Source: an uncultured Fibrobacteraceae bacterium
GTDB taxonomy: Bacteria > Krumholzibacteriota > Krumholzibacteriia > LZORAL124-64-63
DNA length: 64,000 nt
Direction: 5' to 3'
NCBI GenBank assembly: GCA_964384825.1
Contig: CAYLMM010000005.1
Location: forward strand, 4,417 to 68,416
Shown here piece after piece: positions 18,036 to 27,580 of this stretch (the stretch's first letter is position 1; each line of letters starts with the position of its first letter). Below the pieces are notes generated by a model, which was not told the origin of the DNA, searched no databases, and was given only the letters and a program-made list of their open reading frames with translations. The position numbers were made by a program, and so were the translations under genes.

Positions 18036-19067
18036 ATGCGCATCCTGGTGACCGGCGGGGCCGGATTCATCGGCTCGAATTTCGTCCGATACCTGCTCGG
18101 AGAAGGCGGCGACCGGGTCGTGAACCTGGACCTGCTGACCTATGCCGGCAATCTCGAGAACCTGGCCGGCCTCGAGGACCGAGACGATTACCGCTTCGTG
18201 CGCGGGGACATCGGCGACGCCGACCTGGTACGGGAACTGATGACGCAGGAGCGGATCGAGGCGGTGGTCAACTTCGCAGCCGAGAGCCATGTGGACCGCT
18301 CCATCGACGGGCCGCGCCTCTTCCTGCAGACCAACCTGATGGGAACCCAGACCCTGCTCGAGGCCGCGCGGGGCGCCGGGGTCGAGCGTTTCCTGCAGGT
18401 GAGCACCGACGAGGTCTACGGGTCCCTGGGTTCCGAAGGCCTGTTCACCGAGCGATCCCCGCTGCGGGCGAATTCCCCGTATTCGGCGAGCAAGGCCGCG
18501 GCCGATCTGCTGTGCCGGGCCTACCACAAGACCTACGGCTTCCCCGTGCTGACCACCCGGTGCAGCAACAACTACGGCCCCTACCAGTTTCCCGAGAAGC
18601 TGATCCCCCTGATGATCGCCAACGCCTTGGACGACAAGCCGTTGCCGGTCTACGGCGACGGCCGCAACGTGCGCGATTGGCTCTACGTCGAGGATCACTG
18701 CCGCGCCCTGGACCTCGTCCTGCGCAAGGCCGAACCCGGGTCGGTCTACAACATCGGCGGCAACAACGAGATGGAGAACATCCGGATCGTGAAGCTGCTG
18801 CTCGAACTGCTGGGCAAGGACGATTCGCTCATCCAGTACGTCACCGATCGCCCGGGCCACGACCGGCGCTACGCGATCGACGCCGGGCTGATCCGCGACG
18901 ATCTGGGCTGGGAGCCGGCCCACACCTTCGACCAGGGTATCCGCGAGACGGTGCGGTGGTACCTGGACAATCGCACGTGGTGGGAACGCATCCGCAGCGG
19001 GGACTACCAGCACTACTACAGGAAGATGTACGGCGACGACGGACGCCACCGGGAGCGGCGGCCGTGA
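18036..19067 (+). CDS. rfbB: dTDP-glucose 4,6-dehydratase
   Basis: 'MRILVTGGAGFIGSNFVRY' Rossmann motif, 'YSASKAAAD' YxxxK motif, and the RmlB-specific C-terminal region. Confidence 0.85.
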   Translation: MRILVTGGAGFIGSNFVRYLLGEGGDRVVNLDLLTYAGNLENLAGLEDRDDYRFVRGDIGDADLVRELMTQERIEAVVNFAAESHVDRSIDGPRLFLQTNLMGTQTLLEAARGAGVERFLQVSTDEVYGSLGSEGLFTERSPLRANSPYSASKAAADLLCRAYHKTYGFPVLTTRCSNNYGPYQFPEKLIPLMIANALDDKPLPVYGDGRNVRDWLYVEDHCRALDLVLRKAEPGSVYNIGGNNEMENIRIVKLLLELLGKDDSLIQYVTDRPGHDRRYAIDAGLIRDDLGWEPAHTFDQGIRETVRWYLDNRTWWERIRSGDYQHYYRKMYGDDGRHRERRP

Positions 19068-19756
19068 CCGCCGCCCTGACGCTCCCCGGCGGCCGGAGCC
19101 TGGCTCTGGACGATTCGGTGAGAGCCGGGCTGAGCGCGGGGGTCCTGGTCTGCGAGGGCGTGTCGGTGCGGGAGGAGCCGGCGGTGTGGTCGGAAACCGC
19201 CGAATTGGCCGCCCGCCTGCGCGAGGATCACGCCGGCCGCCTGCCGAGCGAGATCCCCGGACTGCGCGAGGCCCGCGATCTCTACAAAGCCTTCGGCATG
19301 GAGCCCACCCGCCACCGTCCGAGCAGCGAGGCCCTGCTGCGGCGCGTGCTCAGGGGCAAGGATCTCTACCGCATCTCCAACGCCGTGGACTGCTGCAACC
19401 TGGCCAGCCTCTCGTTCCTGCTGCCGATCGGGATGTACGATCTGGATCTGGTCGAGGGGGATGTCGTGCTGCGCACCGGCCGCGAGGGCGAGCAGTATCC
19501 GGGAATCCGCAAGGGGCCGGTCCACCTCGCCGGGCGCCTCGGCCTCTTCGACGCCGCCGGAGGCTTCGGCTCGCCCACCAGCGATTCGCTCCGCACCTCG
19601 GTGCGCGACGCCACGACCAGCCTGCTGGCGGTCATCATGGCCACCGCCTCGTACCCCCGGAATCCGATGCGAGCCAACGTCTCGCTGCTGGCCGATCTCT
19701 TCACCCGCCACTGCGAAGGCCGGGTCACCTTCACCGCCCTGCTCCCCGAAAACTGA
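19064..19756 (+). CDS. stand-alone B3/4 domain protein (PheT B3/B4-like)
   Basis: The GTG start overlaps the rfbB stop (GTGA). 'REARDLYKAFGMEPTRHRPSSEALLRRVLRGKDLYRISNAVDCCNLASL' is typical of B3/4 domains. Confidence 0.55.
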   Translation: MTAALTLPGGRSLALDDSVRAGLSAGVLVCEGVSVREEPAVWSETAELAARLREDHAGRLPSEIPGLREARDLYKAFGMEPTRHRPSSEALLRRVLRGKDLYRISNAVDCCNLASLSFLLPIGMYDLDLVEGDVVLRTGREGEQYPGIRKGPVHLAGRLGLFDAAGGFGSPTSDSLRTSVRDATTSLLAVIMATASYPRNPMRANVSLLADLFTRHCEGRVTFTALLPEN

Positions 19757-19798
19757 CCGCGAGATATCTCCGCAGGGGAACGCATGTCGCCGCCCCGG

Positions 19799-21151
19799 TC
19801 AGTCGTCCTGTTGCGGAAACGTCTTGCGGACCCAGCTCTCGGCGGAGGCGCGGTCGGAAAGGGCGCCCTCGAGCTGGCGGGTCTCGAGCTCGCGCAGGAT
19901 GCGGCCGAGCACGGGTCCGCGGGGGTAGCCCATCGCCATCAGGTCGCGGCCGCTGAGCAGGGGGGCGGGAGCCAACTGCTCGATGTCGAGCTCTTCGAGC
20001 ATGCGCAGGCAGTAGGCGTGGTTGGAGAGATCGCCGTGGCTGGCCAGGCAGTCCAGGCGATGCAGTTCGAGGTGGTCGGCGAAGTCCGGTTGGCGCAGGA
20101 ATCGTTTCAGGGTCGCGGGCTTCATCTTCTGCACGTCGATGAACCGCAGATGCTGGGCCACCAGGTCGGCCGCCTTGGCGACGACATCGCGCGGCAGCCT
20201 CAACCTGGCGCCGATCTCCCTGGTCATCCGCGCGCCGACCTTGGCGTGGCCGTGGAACCGGATGCGGTCGCTGCGGGTCAGGGTGGAGGGCTTGCCGACA
20301 TCGTGCAGCAGCGCCGCGAGCATCAGCGGCAGGGGGCGGGCCGTGGCGGCGGCGAGCAGGAGCATCGTGTGCGTCCAGACGCATCCTTCGGGATGGTAGG
20401 CCGGAGGCTGGGGGACCCCGTGCATGGCGGCGACCTCCGGCAGGATGATCTCCAGCAGGCCGGATGTGCGCAGGATCTCGAGGCCGGTGACGGGATCGGG
20501 GCCGGTCAGCAGGCGCGTGAACTCCTGGCCGATCCTCTCGGCGGCGACGGCCCGGATCATCTCCCGGCACGATGCGAGGCCGGCGCGGACGGATTCGTCG
20601 GGGACCAGCCCGCACTGGGCGGCCATGCGCGCGGCCCGCAGCAGGCGCAGCCCGTCCTCGCCGAAGCGGTCGGCCGGCTCGCCGACGGTGCGCAGGATCC
20701 GGGCGCGGCAATCGCTCAGGCCGCCGACGGTGTCGAGGATGGCGCCGTCGTCGGGGTCGAGGTACAGGGCGTTGACGGTGAAGTCGCGGCGGTGGGCGTC
20801 GACGGCGGGATCGTCGGTGAAGGCGACGTCGTCGGGATGGCGGCCGTCGGAATAGCGCCCTTCCCGGCGGAAGGTGGCGGTCTCGATCATGATGCCGTCC
20901 GACGGGACGAGCACGACCCCGAAGGCGGCGCCGACCAGGCGGCTGCCGGGGAAGAGTTCGGCGATGCGGTCGGGGCGGGCGTCGGTGGCGACATCGAAAT
21001 CGCCGGGAATCAGGCCGAGCACGAGATCGCGCACCGCGCCGCCGACCAGCAGCGCCCGATGCCCCGAGGCTCTCAATCTGCGCACGACCGCGACCGCGGG
21101 TGCGGCGGCGTCGGGCAGGGGGGCTGCGAGGTTGTCGGTCACGGGGCCCAT
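19799..21151 (-). CDS. cca: CCA tRNA nucleotidyltransferase with HD domain
   Basis: 'LLVGGAVRDLVLG...DFDVATDA' nucleotidyltransferase motif, and 'HDVGK...HGH' HD domain. Confidence 0.8.
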   Translation of the reverse strand: MGPVTDNLAAPLPDAAAPAVAVVRRLRASGHRALLVGGAVRDLVLGLIPGDFDVATDARPDRIAELFPGSRLVGAAFGVVLVPSDGIMIETATFRREGRYSDGRHPDDVAFTDDPAVDAHRRDFTVNALYLDPDDGAILDTVGGLSDCRARILRTVGEPADRFGEDGLRLLRAARMAAQCGLVPDESVRAGLASCREMIRAVAAERIGQEFTRLLTGPDPVTGLEILRTSGLLEIILPEVAAMHGVPQPPAYHPEGCVWTHTMLLLAAATARPLPLMLAALLHDVGKPSTLTRSDRIRFHGHAKVGARMTREIGARLRLPRDVVAKAADLVAQHLRFIDVQKMKPATLKRFLRQPDFADHLELHRLDCLASHGDLSNHAYCLRMLEELDIEQLAPAPLLSGRDLMAMGYPRGPVLGRILRELETRQLEGALSDRASAESWVRKTFPQQDD

Positions 21152-21241
21152 CTTTCTTTGCCGTCTCCGGTCGGGCGCGGTATCCTCGGGCGGATCACCG
21201 CGAGTATTCCACAGAACCCTTTCGCTGGCCAGGAATCACCG

Positions 21242-22513
21242 ATGCATCATGCGAAGAACCGTCTGCCGATACTGATCCTCGCGCTGTCCTGTCTCGTGTC
21301 GCCGGCGGTCGCCGCCGAGGTTCCCGCGCCGCCGGATTCGGCGGCCATCGCGACCATGGTCCGGACCCTCTCGGCGCCCGATTTCGCGGGCCGGGGCAAC
21401 GGCACCGTCGAGGCCTTCGCCGCCGCGGATACGGTGGCGGCCTGGTTCGCGGCCGCGGGGTTGGCTCCGCCGCCGGACGGGAAGGGATGGTTCCGGGATT
21501 TCCCCCTGCCGGGCCTGACGCTTCCGGGCCGCAACGTGCTGGGCTGGCTGCCGGGCGCGGGCGCGTTGGCGGACGAGATCGTGTTGATCGGCGCCCATTA
21601 CGATCATCTGGGGAAGGTGGCGTCCGTCGACGGAGCCGCAGACCGCTATTTTCCGGGCGCCGACGACAACGCCAGCGGCGTCGCGGTGCTGGTCGAGACG
21701 GCCCGCATCCTGGCGGACCGGGCGCGGGCCGGGGCCGATACGCTTCGCCGCAGCGTGATGGTGGCCGGGTTCGCGGGCGAGGAGATAGGGCTGCTGGGTT
21801 CGCGCAGCCTCGCCCGCCGACCCGTCCCGCATGCTCCGGTTGCGATGATCAACATCGACACAGTGGGACGGCTGCGCGGCGGGCGCGTGCAGATCGGAGG
21901 CCTCGATTCTGCCGCTTCCTTCGCCGCCATGGTCGCGCGGAACGCCGAAGGTCTGGGGCTCGGGATCAAGCCCTTGCGCGGGGACTGGGCCGCCAGCGAC
22001 CAGGCGTCGTTTCTGGCCGCCGGCGTGCCGTCGCTGTTCTTCTTCACCGGGCCCTATCCCGAATACCACACCCCGGAAGACCGCTGGCCCCTGGTGTCGT
22101 TCCCCGGCATGGTGCGCGTCGCATCCCTGGTCGCGGCCGTGGCCAGGGATCTGACGATCGATCCCCGGCCGGTCGTCGCGACCATCGAGACCGACACGGC
22201 CGCGGACGCCATGTCCCGGTCGCAGGCTCCGGAGGGCAAGGCCGAGCGGGCCTGGCTGGGCATCATTCCGGATTTCACCGCCGAGGGGCCGGGGGTGCGT
22301 CTGGGCGGGGTCATGCCCGGCAGCCCGGCCGAATCGGCGGGTCTGCGGAAGGGCGATCTGCTGGTGGAATTCGCCGGCGAGCCCGTCGCCGATCTGCCCG
22401 CTTTGACCGTGCTGCTGCGGACCCATGCGGCGGGCGAGAGGGTCGCGGCGGTCGTCGAGCGCGAGGGCCGCGCGGTGGAATTCGCGGTGACGTTGAAGCG
22501 CAGGCGTCGCTAG
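21242..22513 (+). CDS. secreted M28-family aminopeptidase with C-terminal PDZ domain
   Basis: Signal peptide 'MHHAKNRLPILILALSCLVSPAVAA'. 'GAHYDHLG' and 'GADDNASGVAVLVE' are M28 zinc ligand motifs. The C-terminal '...GVRLGGVMPGSPAESAGLRKGDLLVEFAG' is a PDZ domain. Confidence 0.7.
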   Translation: MHHAKNRLPILILALSCLVSPAVAAEVPAPPDSAAIATMVRTLSAPDFAGRGNGTVEAFAAADTVAAWFAAAGLAPPPDGKGWFRDFPLPGLTLPGRNVLGWLPGAGALADEIVLIGAHYDHLGKVASVDGAADRYFPGADDNASGVAVLVETARILADRARAGADTLRRSVMVAGFAGEEIGLLGSRSLARRPVPHAPVAMINIDTVGRLRGGRVQIGGLDSAASFAAMVARNAEGLGLGIKPLRGDWAASDQASFLAAGVPSLFFFTGPYPEYHTPEDRWPLVSFPGMVRVASLVAAVARDLTIDPRPVVATIETDTAADAMSRSQAPEGKAERAWLGIIPDFTAEGPGVRLGGVMPGSPAESAGLRKGDLLVEFAGEPVADLPALTVLLRTHAAGERVAAVVEREGRAVEFAVTLKRRRR

Positions 22514-23454
22514 GAGGCCTCGGGCGCGCGCCGCCGACGGCGTCCGGGCACGGTCGGATGCGGCTCGACGTGGGCCACGGCCTCGTAAAGTTCGGTCGCG
22601 CTGTTCTCTAGAGCCTGCTCGAGGCGGTCGGCGATGGCGTGGCCCTCCTCGACGGTGATGTCCGGCTCGACGGTGATCGAGATGTCGACGGTGTACACCG
22701 AACCGCGGGGCCGGATGCGCAGCCGCGAGACCGAGATCACGCCGGGCACGGTCGCGGCCGTGGCGCGGACCTCGGAAACGAACTCCTCGTCGGGCATGGT
22801 CTCCAGGACGATCATCGCGTTGTTGCGCAGCAGCTCCCATCCCATTTTCAGGATCAAGAGCGAGATCACGGCCGCCGCGACGCTGTCGAGGATCGGCAGC
22901 CCGGCCATGGCGCCGCCGATGCCGATCGCCGCGCCGACCGATGAGAGCGCGTCGGAGCGGTGGTGCGCGGCGTTGCTGCGCAGGGCGGGGGAATGATGGA
23001 TCCTGCCTGCCAGGTCCGTGTAGCGGGCCATCCCCTCCTTGGCGACGATCGAGACGCCCGCCGCGATCAAGGCGGGGAATTCGGGATGGGATCCGGTGCC
23101 GGTGACGATGTTGCCGATCGCTTGGCGTCCCAGCAGAACGCCGGTCACCAGCAGCAGCAGCGATACGCCCAGGGCGCCCAGGGTCTCGTAGTGCTGGTGT
23201 CCGTAGGGATGGTCGCGGTCGGGCGGGATGGCGCTGGCCTTCAGCGCCACGAAGACGCCGACGTCGCCGGCCAGATCGGAGAACGAGTGGACTCCGTCGG
23301 CGATCAGCGAAGCGGATCCGGCGAGCAGGCCCACGACGATCTTCAGGACAGTCAGCGCGATGTTGCCCGCCATGCCCGCGACCGTGCAGAAGACCGGCCG
23401 CAGCCATCGCGTCTCCCTGCGGCGCGCATCGCGATCAGGATCGTTGCTGGTCAT
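22510..23454 (-). CDS. cation diffusion facilitator (CDF) transporter
   Basis: 'SLIADGVHSFSDL' is the TM2 motif, and 'DHPYGHQHYE' is also present. Six TM helices plus a cytoplasmic domain. Confidence 0.75.
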   Translation of the reverse strand: MTSNDPDRDARRRETRWLRPVFCTVAGMAGNIALTVLKIVVGLLAGSASLIADGVHSFSDLAGDVGVFVALKASAIPPDRDHPYGHQHYETLGALGVSLLLLVTGVLLGRQAIGNIVTGTGSHPEFPALIAAGVSIVAKEGMARYTDLAGRIHHSPALRSNAAHHRSDALSSVGAAIGIGGAMAGLPILDSVAAAVISLLILKMGWELLRNNAMIVLETMPDEEFVSEVRATAATVPGVISVSRLRIRPRGSVYTVDISITVEPDITVEEGHAIADRLEQALENSATELYEAVAHVEPHPTVPGRRRRRAPEAS

Positions 23455-23464
23455 CCCGCCTCCA

Positions 23465-25258
23465 TCAGGATCCCGAATACAGGTCCTCGATGACGTCGTG
23501 GTACTTCCGCTGGATCACCCGGCGCTTCACCTTCAACGTCGGAGTGAGCTCGCCCGACTCCAGCGTGAACTCGTTGCGCAGCAGGGCGAATTTCTTGACG
23601 GTGCTGTACTTCGGCAGCTTCCGGTTCACGTATTCGAGGGCCCGCCGGTACTTGGCCTGCACCTCCGGATGCCGCTCGAGATCGTCGTGGCCTTCCCACG
23701 TGATGCCGCGTTCCCTGGCCCATTTCTCCAGGTTCTCGAAGTTGGGCACCAACAGGGCGATCATATAGGGGCGGTGATCGCCGATCACCACCGAATTCGA
23801 GATGAACTTGTTCTTCGCGAAAGCGTTCTCGATCGGCTGCGGCGCGATGTTCTTGCCGCCGGCGGTGACGATCAGATCCTTCTTGCGGTCGGTGATGAAC
23901 AGGAAGCCGTCGCCGTCGATGTGGCCGATGTCGCCGGTCCGGAACCATCCGTCGTCGCTCAGCGCCTCCCGCGTGGCCTCGTCGTTCTTGAAGTAGCCCG
24001 GCGTCACCTGAGGGCCGCGGGCCAGGATCTCGCCGTCGTCGGCGATCCGGATCTCGGTCTCGGGGAAGGGTTTGCCGACGCTGCCCACCCTCTGGGCGCC
24101 GAAGAGATTGGCGGTCAGGATCGGTGATGTCTCGGTCAGCCCGTAGCCCTCGAGACAGGTCATGCCGGCGGTGTTGAAGAACTGGTTGATGTGCGGCGCC
24201 AACGGTGCGCCGCCGGAGACGAAGAACCGGATCCGGCCGCCGGTGCGGGCGCGCAGCTTGGCGAAGACCAGCTTGTCGACGATCGCCAGCTGGAAGTTTA
24301 GCCACGCCGAGGGCTTCTTCCCGGCCCGTTCGACCAGCCGCAGATCATGCACGACCTTCTTGGCCCAGATGAAGATGTTGCGCTTGATCGGCGATCCGCC
24401 CATCGCCGCGGTGTTGATGCGGTCGAAGACCTTCTCCAGGAACCGCGGCACGCAGATCATGATCGTCGGCCGGATGGCCATCATGTCCGCGCCCACGGTG
24501 TCGGGGTTGCCCGCGATCGCCATTCCGATGCCGTTGGCGAGCATGGCGTAATAGCCGCAGGTCCGTTCCAGCGCGTGCGACAGCGGCAGGAACGAAAGCA
24601 CGCGGTCGCTCGTGTACAGGGAAATGGCCTGAACCGCCTGCCGGATGTTCGAGACGATGTTGCCGTGGGTCAGGATCACGCCCTTGGGCCTGCCCGTGGT
24701 GCCGGAAGTGTAGAGGATGGTCGCGATGTCGTCCTTCCCGGAGGGGCCGCAGGGCGGCAGCCCGTCGCCGGGAATCTTTTCGAGCAGGTTCTCGCCGATC
24801 TCCATCAGCCGGTCGAAGGTCATCATGTCCGGCAGATCGCTGCGGTCGAAGCAGACGACGTCCTTGAGCGAGGGGATCCGGTCGCGGACGGCGTGGATCT
24901 TGCGGGCCTGGTCCGGCGTCGAGACGAAGATGATGCCGGGTTCGCAGTCGTTCAGGATGTAGGCGATGTCGTCCTGCCCGAGCGTGGGATAGATGGGCAC
25001 GTCGGAGGCGCCGGCGCAGAGGACGGCCAGATCGCTCAGGATCCATTCGAGGCGGTTCTCGCTGAGGATCGCGACCCGGTCGCCGGGTCCGAGCCCGAGC
25101 GATTCGAGCGCCAGCCTCAGCGCCCGGATCCGGCGTCCGATCTCCTCGCTCGGAATGTCGGTGTAGACGCCGGCGTCGTCGCGAACCGAAATCATATCCG
25201 GCCGCGGGGTGTTCGCGATGGCGTCGAAAATCAACTGGGGGATGGTTTCGGCGGGCAT
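23465..25258 (-). CDS. long-chain fatty-acid--CoA ligase (AMP-dependent synthetase)
   Basis: 'ILYTSGTTGRPKGVILTHGN' is the AMP-binding box. 'GYGLTETS' and the C-terminal FACS region are present. RBS AGGGGAG precedes ATG 25258. The track ORF over-extends to 25612. Confidence 0.75.
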   Translation of the reverse strand: MPAETIPQLIFDAIANTPRPDMISVRDDAGVYTDIPSEEIGRRIRALRLALESLGLGPGDRVAILSENRLEWILSDLAVLCAGASDVPIYPTLGQDDIAYILNDCEPGIIFVSTPDQARKIHAVRDRIPSLKDVVCFDRSDLPDMMTFDRLMEIGENLLEKIPGDGLPPCGPSGKDDIATILYTSGTTGRPKGVILTHGNIVSNIRQAVQAISLYTSDRVLSFLPLSHALERTCGYYAMLANGIGMAIAGNPDTVGADMMAIRPTIMICVPRFLEKVFDRINTAAMGGSPIKRNIFIWAKKVVHDLRLVERAGKKPSAWLNFQLAIVDKLVFAKLRARTGGRIRFFVSGGAPLAPHINQFFNTAGMTCLEGYGLTETSPILTANLFGAQRVGSVGKPFPETEIRIADDGEILARGPQVTPGYFKNDEATREALSDDGWFRTGDIGHIDGDGFLFITDRKKDLIVTAGGKNIAPQPIENAFAKNKFISNSVVIGDHRPYMIALLVPNFENLEKWARERGITWEGHDDLERHPEVQAKYRRALEYVNRKLPKYSTVKKFALLRNEFTLESGELTPTLKVKRRVIQRKYHDVIEDLYSGS

Positions 25259-25467
25259 GCTCGCTCCCCTCGTCGCCGGCGGTGCCGGCGCGAATGCCAG
25301 ATCAGGGTTTCCGGACCCATAGAAAAAGGGGTCCGCGCCTTTTCGCCCTCCGGGATGATCCGAAGGGGCCTGAACGAGCGAGGACCTGTTGGACGTTGAC
25401 AATTCATATCGACGTGAGGAACCTGTGTCAACCCCGGTACCGAGTCCCAATCCACGGGAGAAGTGAC

Positions 25468-26283
25468 ATGAACCGCATTGGAACCGCCTTGACGATCGGC
25501 CTGATCCTGACCATCGGCCTGGCGACGGTCCTGCCTTCCGCGGCCCGGGCCGACGTGGATAGGCTGCGCGAGAATTGCCGCGAGGCCTACGACCGAGGCG
25601 ATCTGGCCGCATCCCGCGCCGCTGCCGATTCCGCCCTGGCCGAACTTCCCGGCGATTACCAGTCGTCCTGGATGCTGGCGCGGGTCCTGATCGACATCGG
25701 CAACCGCGAGCAGGAGAAGAAGGTGCGCAAGGGCATCTACAAGATGGCCGTCGATCACGCGCGAGCCGCCGTGGCCGCCGAACCGGACGATACCTGGGGC
25801 CACCACTACCTTGCCGCGGCGGTCGGCAAGCTGGCCCTGACCGAGGGCGGCAAGAAGAAGATCGAGCTTTCCAAGGAAGTGCGCGAAGAGGCGCAGCGGG
25901 CGCTCGAATGCGATCCCGCCAACGACAAGTCCCACCACATCCTGGGCCGCTGGAACCGCGAGGTCGCGACCCTCAGCCCGGTGCTCAAGCTGGCCGCGAA
26001 GATCGTCTACGGCGGCGTGCCCGAGGGCGCCTCGAAGGAGAAGGCCGAACAGCATTTCCTCGAGGCGATCCGTCTTCATCCCGAGCACATCAACCATCAT
26101 CTCGAACTCGGGGTGACCTACATGTCGATGAAGCGTTACGAAGATGCGATCGAGCAGTTCGCGATCGTGGCCGAGTTGCCCGAACGGGATCCCAACGACG
26201 CCGATTACAAGGACGAAGCCGTCCTGATGACGACCCGATGCGAAAAGAGAATCGAGCGTGGGCAGAGGGACCGATCCCGATAG
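25468..26283 (+). CDS. secreted TPR-like helical-repeat protein
   Basis: GGGAGAAG RBS. Signal peptide 'MNRIGTALTIGLILTIGLATVLPSAARA'. Helical repeats are present but there is no catalytic motif. Confidence 0.5.
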   Translation: MNRIGTALTIGLILTIGLATVLPSAARADVDRLRENCREAYDRGDLAASRAAADSALAELPGDYQSSWMLARVLIDIGNREQEKKVRKGIYKMAVDHARAAVAAEPDDTWGHHYLAAAVGKLALTEGGKKKIELSKEVREEAQRALECDPANDKSHHILGRWNREVATLSPVLKLAAKIVYGGVPEGASKEKAEQHFLEAIRLHPEHINHHLELGVTYMSMKRYEDAIEQFAIVAELPERDPNDADYKDEAVLMTTRCEKRIERGQRDRSR

Positions 26284-27445
26284 CGGAGCTTCGCGCGGGG
26301 ACGGGCCGGCCGCCCTGCGCCGCGCGTTGCTGGCCTGGTACGACGCGGAGGCCCGGCCGCTCCCCTGGCGGGAGCGGCCGGATCCCTATGGCGTCTGGAT
26401 CTCCGAGATCATGCTCCAGCAGACCACAATGGCCGCCGCGGTGCCGTACTGGGAGCGCTTCCTGGAACGTTTTCCCGACGTGCGGTCCCTGGCGGACGCC
26501 TCCGAGCAGGAGGTGCTGACTCTCTGGGCGGGCCTCGGCTACTACCGCCGCGCCCGCAGCCTGCACGCCGCGGCCCGGATGATCGTCCGCGACCGCGGCG
26601 GCGATCTGCCGCGCACCGCGGCCGAATGGCGTCTTCTGCCGGGCGTCGGCGCATACACCGCCGGAGCCGTGGCCAGCATCGCCGCGGCGGAGCAGGTGGC
26701 CGCGGTCGACACCAACGCCCGGCGGGTCCTGCTGCGGCTCTTCTGCGCGTCGGCCGCCGAGGCCGCCGGGATCGGCGAGGCGCGTCTGCGGACGCTGGCC
26801 GATTCGCTCGTGGATCCGCTACGGCCGGGCGACTGGAACCAGGCCCTGATGGAACTCGGCGCCCGGATCTGCCTGCCCCGCGATCCCCGTTGCGCAAGCT
26901 GTCCGGTCGGATGGTCGTGCCGCGCCCGCTCCGCCGGGGATCCGGGCTCCATCCCCGAAGCGAAGCCGAGGGCCCGGGCCCTGCCCGTGCGGCTCTCGGT
27001 GCTGCTGCTGCGCCGCGGCGATTCGGCCCTCCTGACGCCGTCCGGAACGCCGGCCGCCGTTTCCTGCCCGGCCTGGGGGAGGCCACGGCGCGAGGATTTT
27101 TCCGGTCTCTTCGCTGGGTTCTCGGGATTGCCGACGACCCCCTGGTATCCACGCCCCGCGTCCGCCGGCGCGGATCCCGATCCCGCCGCCGCCCCGGACG
27201 CCTGGTCGCGGTGGCTCGGCGCGAGGATCTCCGCGCCGCCGCCGGTGATCGTCGTCGGCGAATTCCGGCATGCGATCACCGTCTACCGTCTGGCTGTGAC
27301 GGTCTGCCGCGCGGATCTGGCCCCGGATGCCGGCGGCCGGTGGCCCCGGGGCTGGACCTGGGGGCCGATCGACGGCAACGACGCCGCTCCGGTATCCAAC
27401 CTGACCCGCAAGGCCCTGTCCGCCGCCGCGGGAACGGCGGGCTGA
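26258..27445 (+). CDS. mutY: A/G-specific adenine DNA glycosylase
   Basis: 'PWRE..DPYGVWISEIMLQQT' HhH-GPD motif, 'CLPRDPRCASCPVGWSC' 4Fe-4S loop, and a C-terminal NUDIX-like domain. Confidence 0.75.
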   Translation: MGRGTDPDSGASRGDGPAALRRALLAWYDAEARPLPWRERPDPYGVWISEIMLQQTTMAAAVPYWERFLERFPDVRSLADASEQEVLTLWAGLGYYRRARSLHAAARMIVRDRGGDLPRTAAEWRLLPGVGAYTAGAVASIAAAEQVAAVDTNARRVLLRLFCASAAEAAGIGEARLRTLADSLVDPLRPGDWNQALMELGARICLPRDPRCASCPVGWSCRARSAGDPGSIPEAKPRARALPVRLSVLLLRRGDSALLTPSGTPAAVSCPAWGRPRREDFSGLFAGFSGLPTTPWYPRPASAGADPDPAAAPDAWSRWLGARISAPPPVIVVGEFRHAITVYRLAVTVCRADLAPDAGGRWPRGWTWGPIDGNDAAPVSNLTRKALSAAAGTAG

Positions 27446-27580
27446 AAACCCGATTCCATTAGGCGTATCGCATCCAATAAATAGCGCAACCAGTTGTTGC
27501 CGCTGCGCCCGGGCCTTGGTTATGATGACCATCGCCACGGTCAGCGTCCGCGCTTCGACTCGACGGCCCCGGGAGGAACC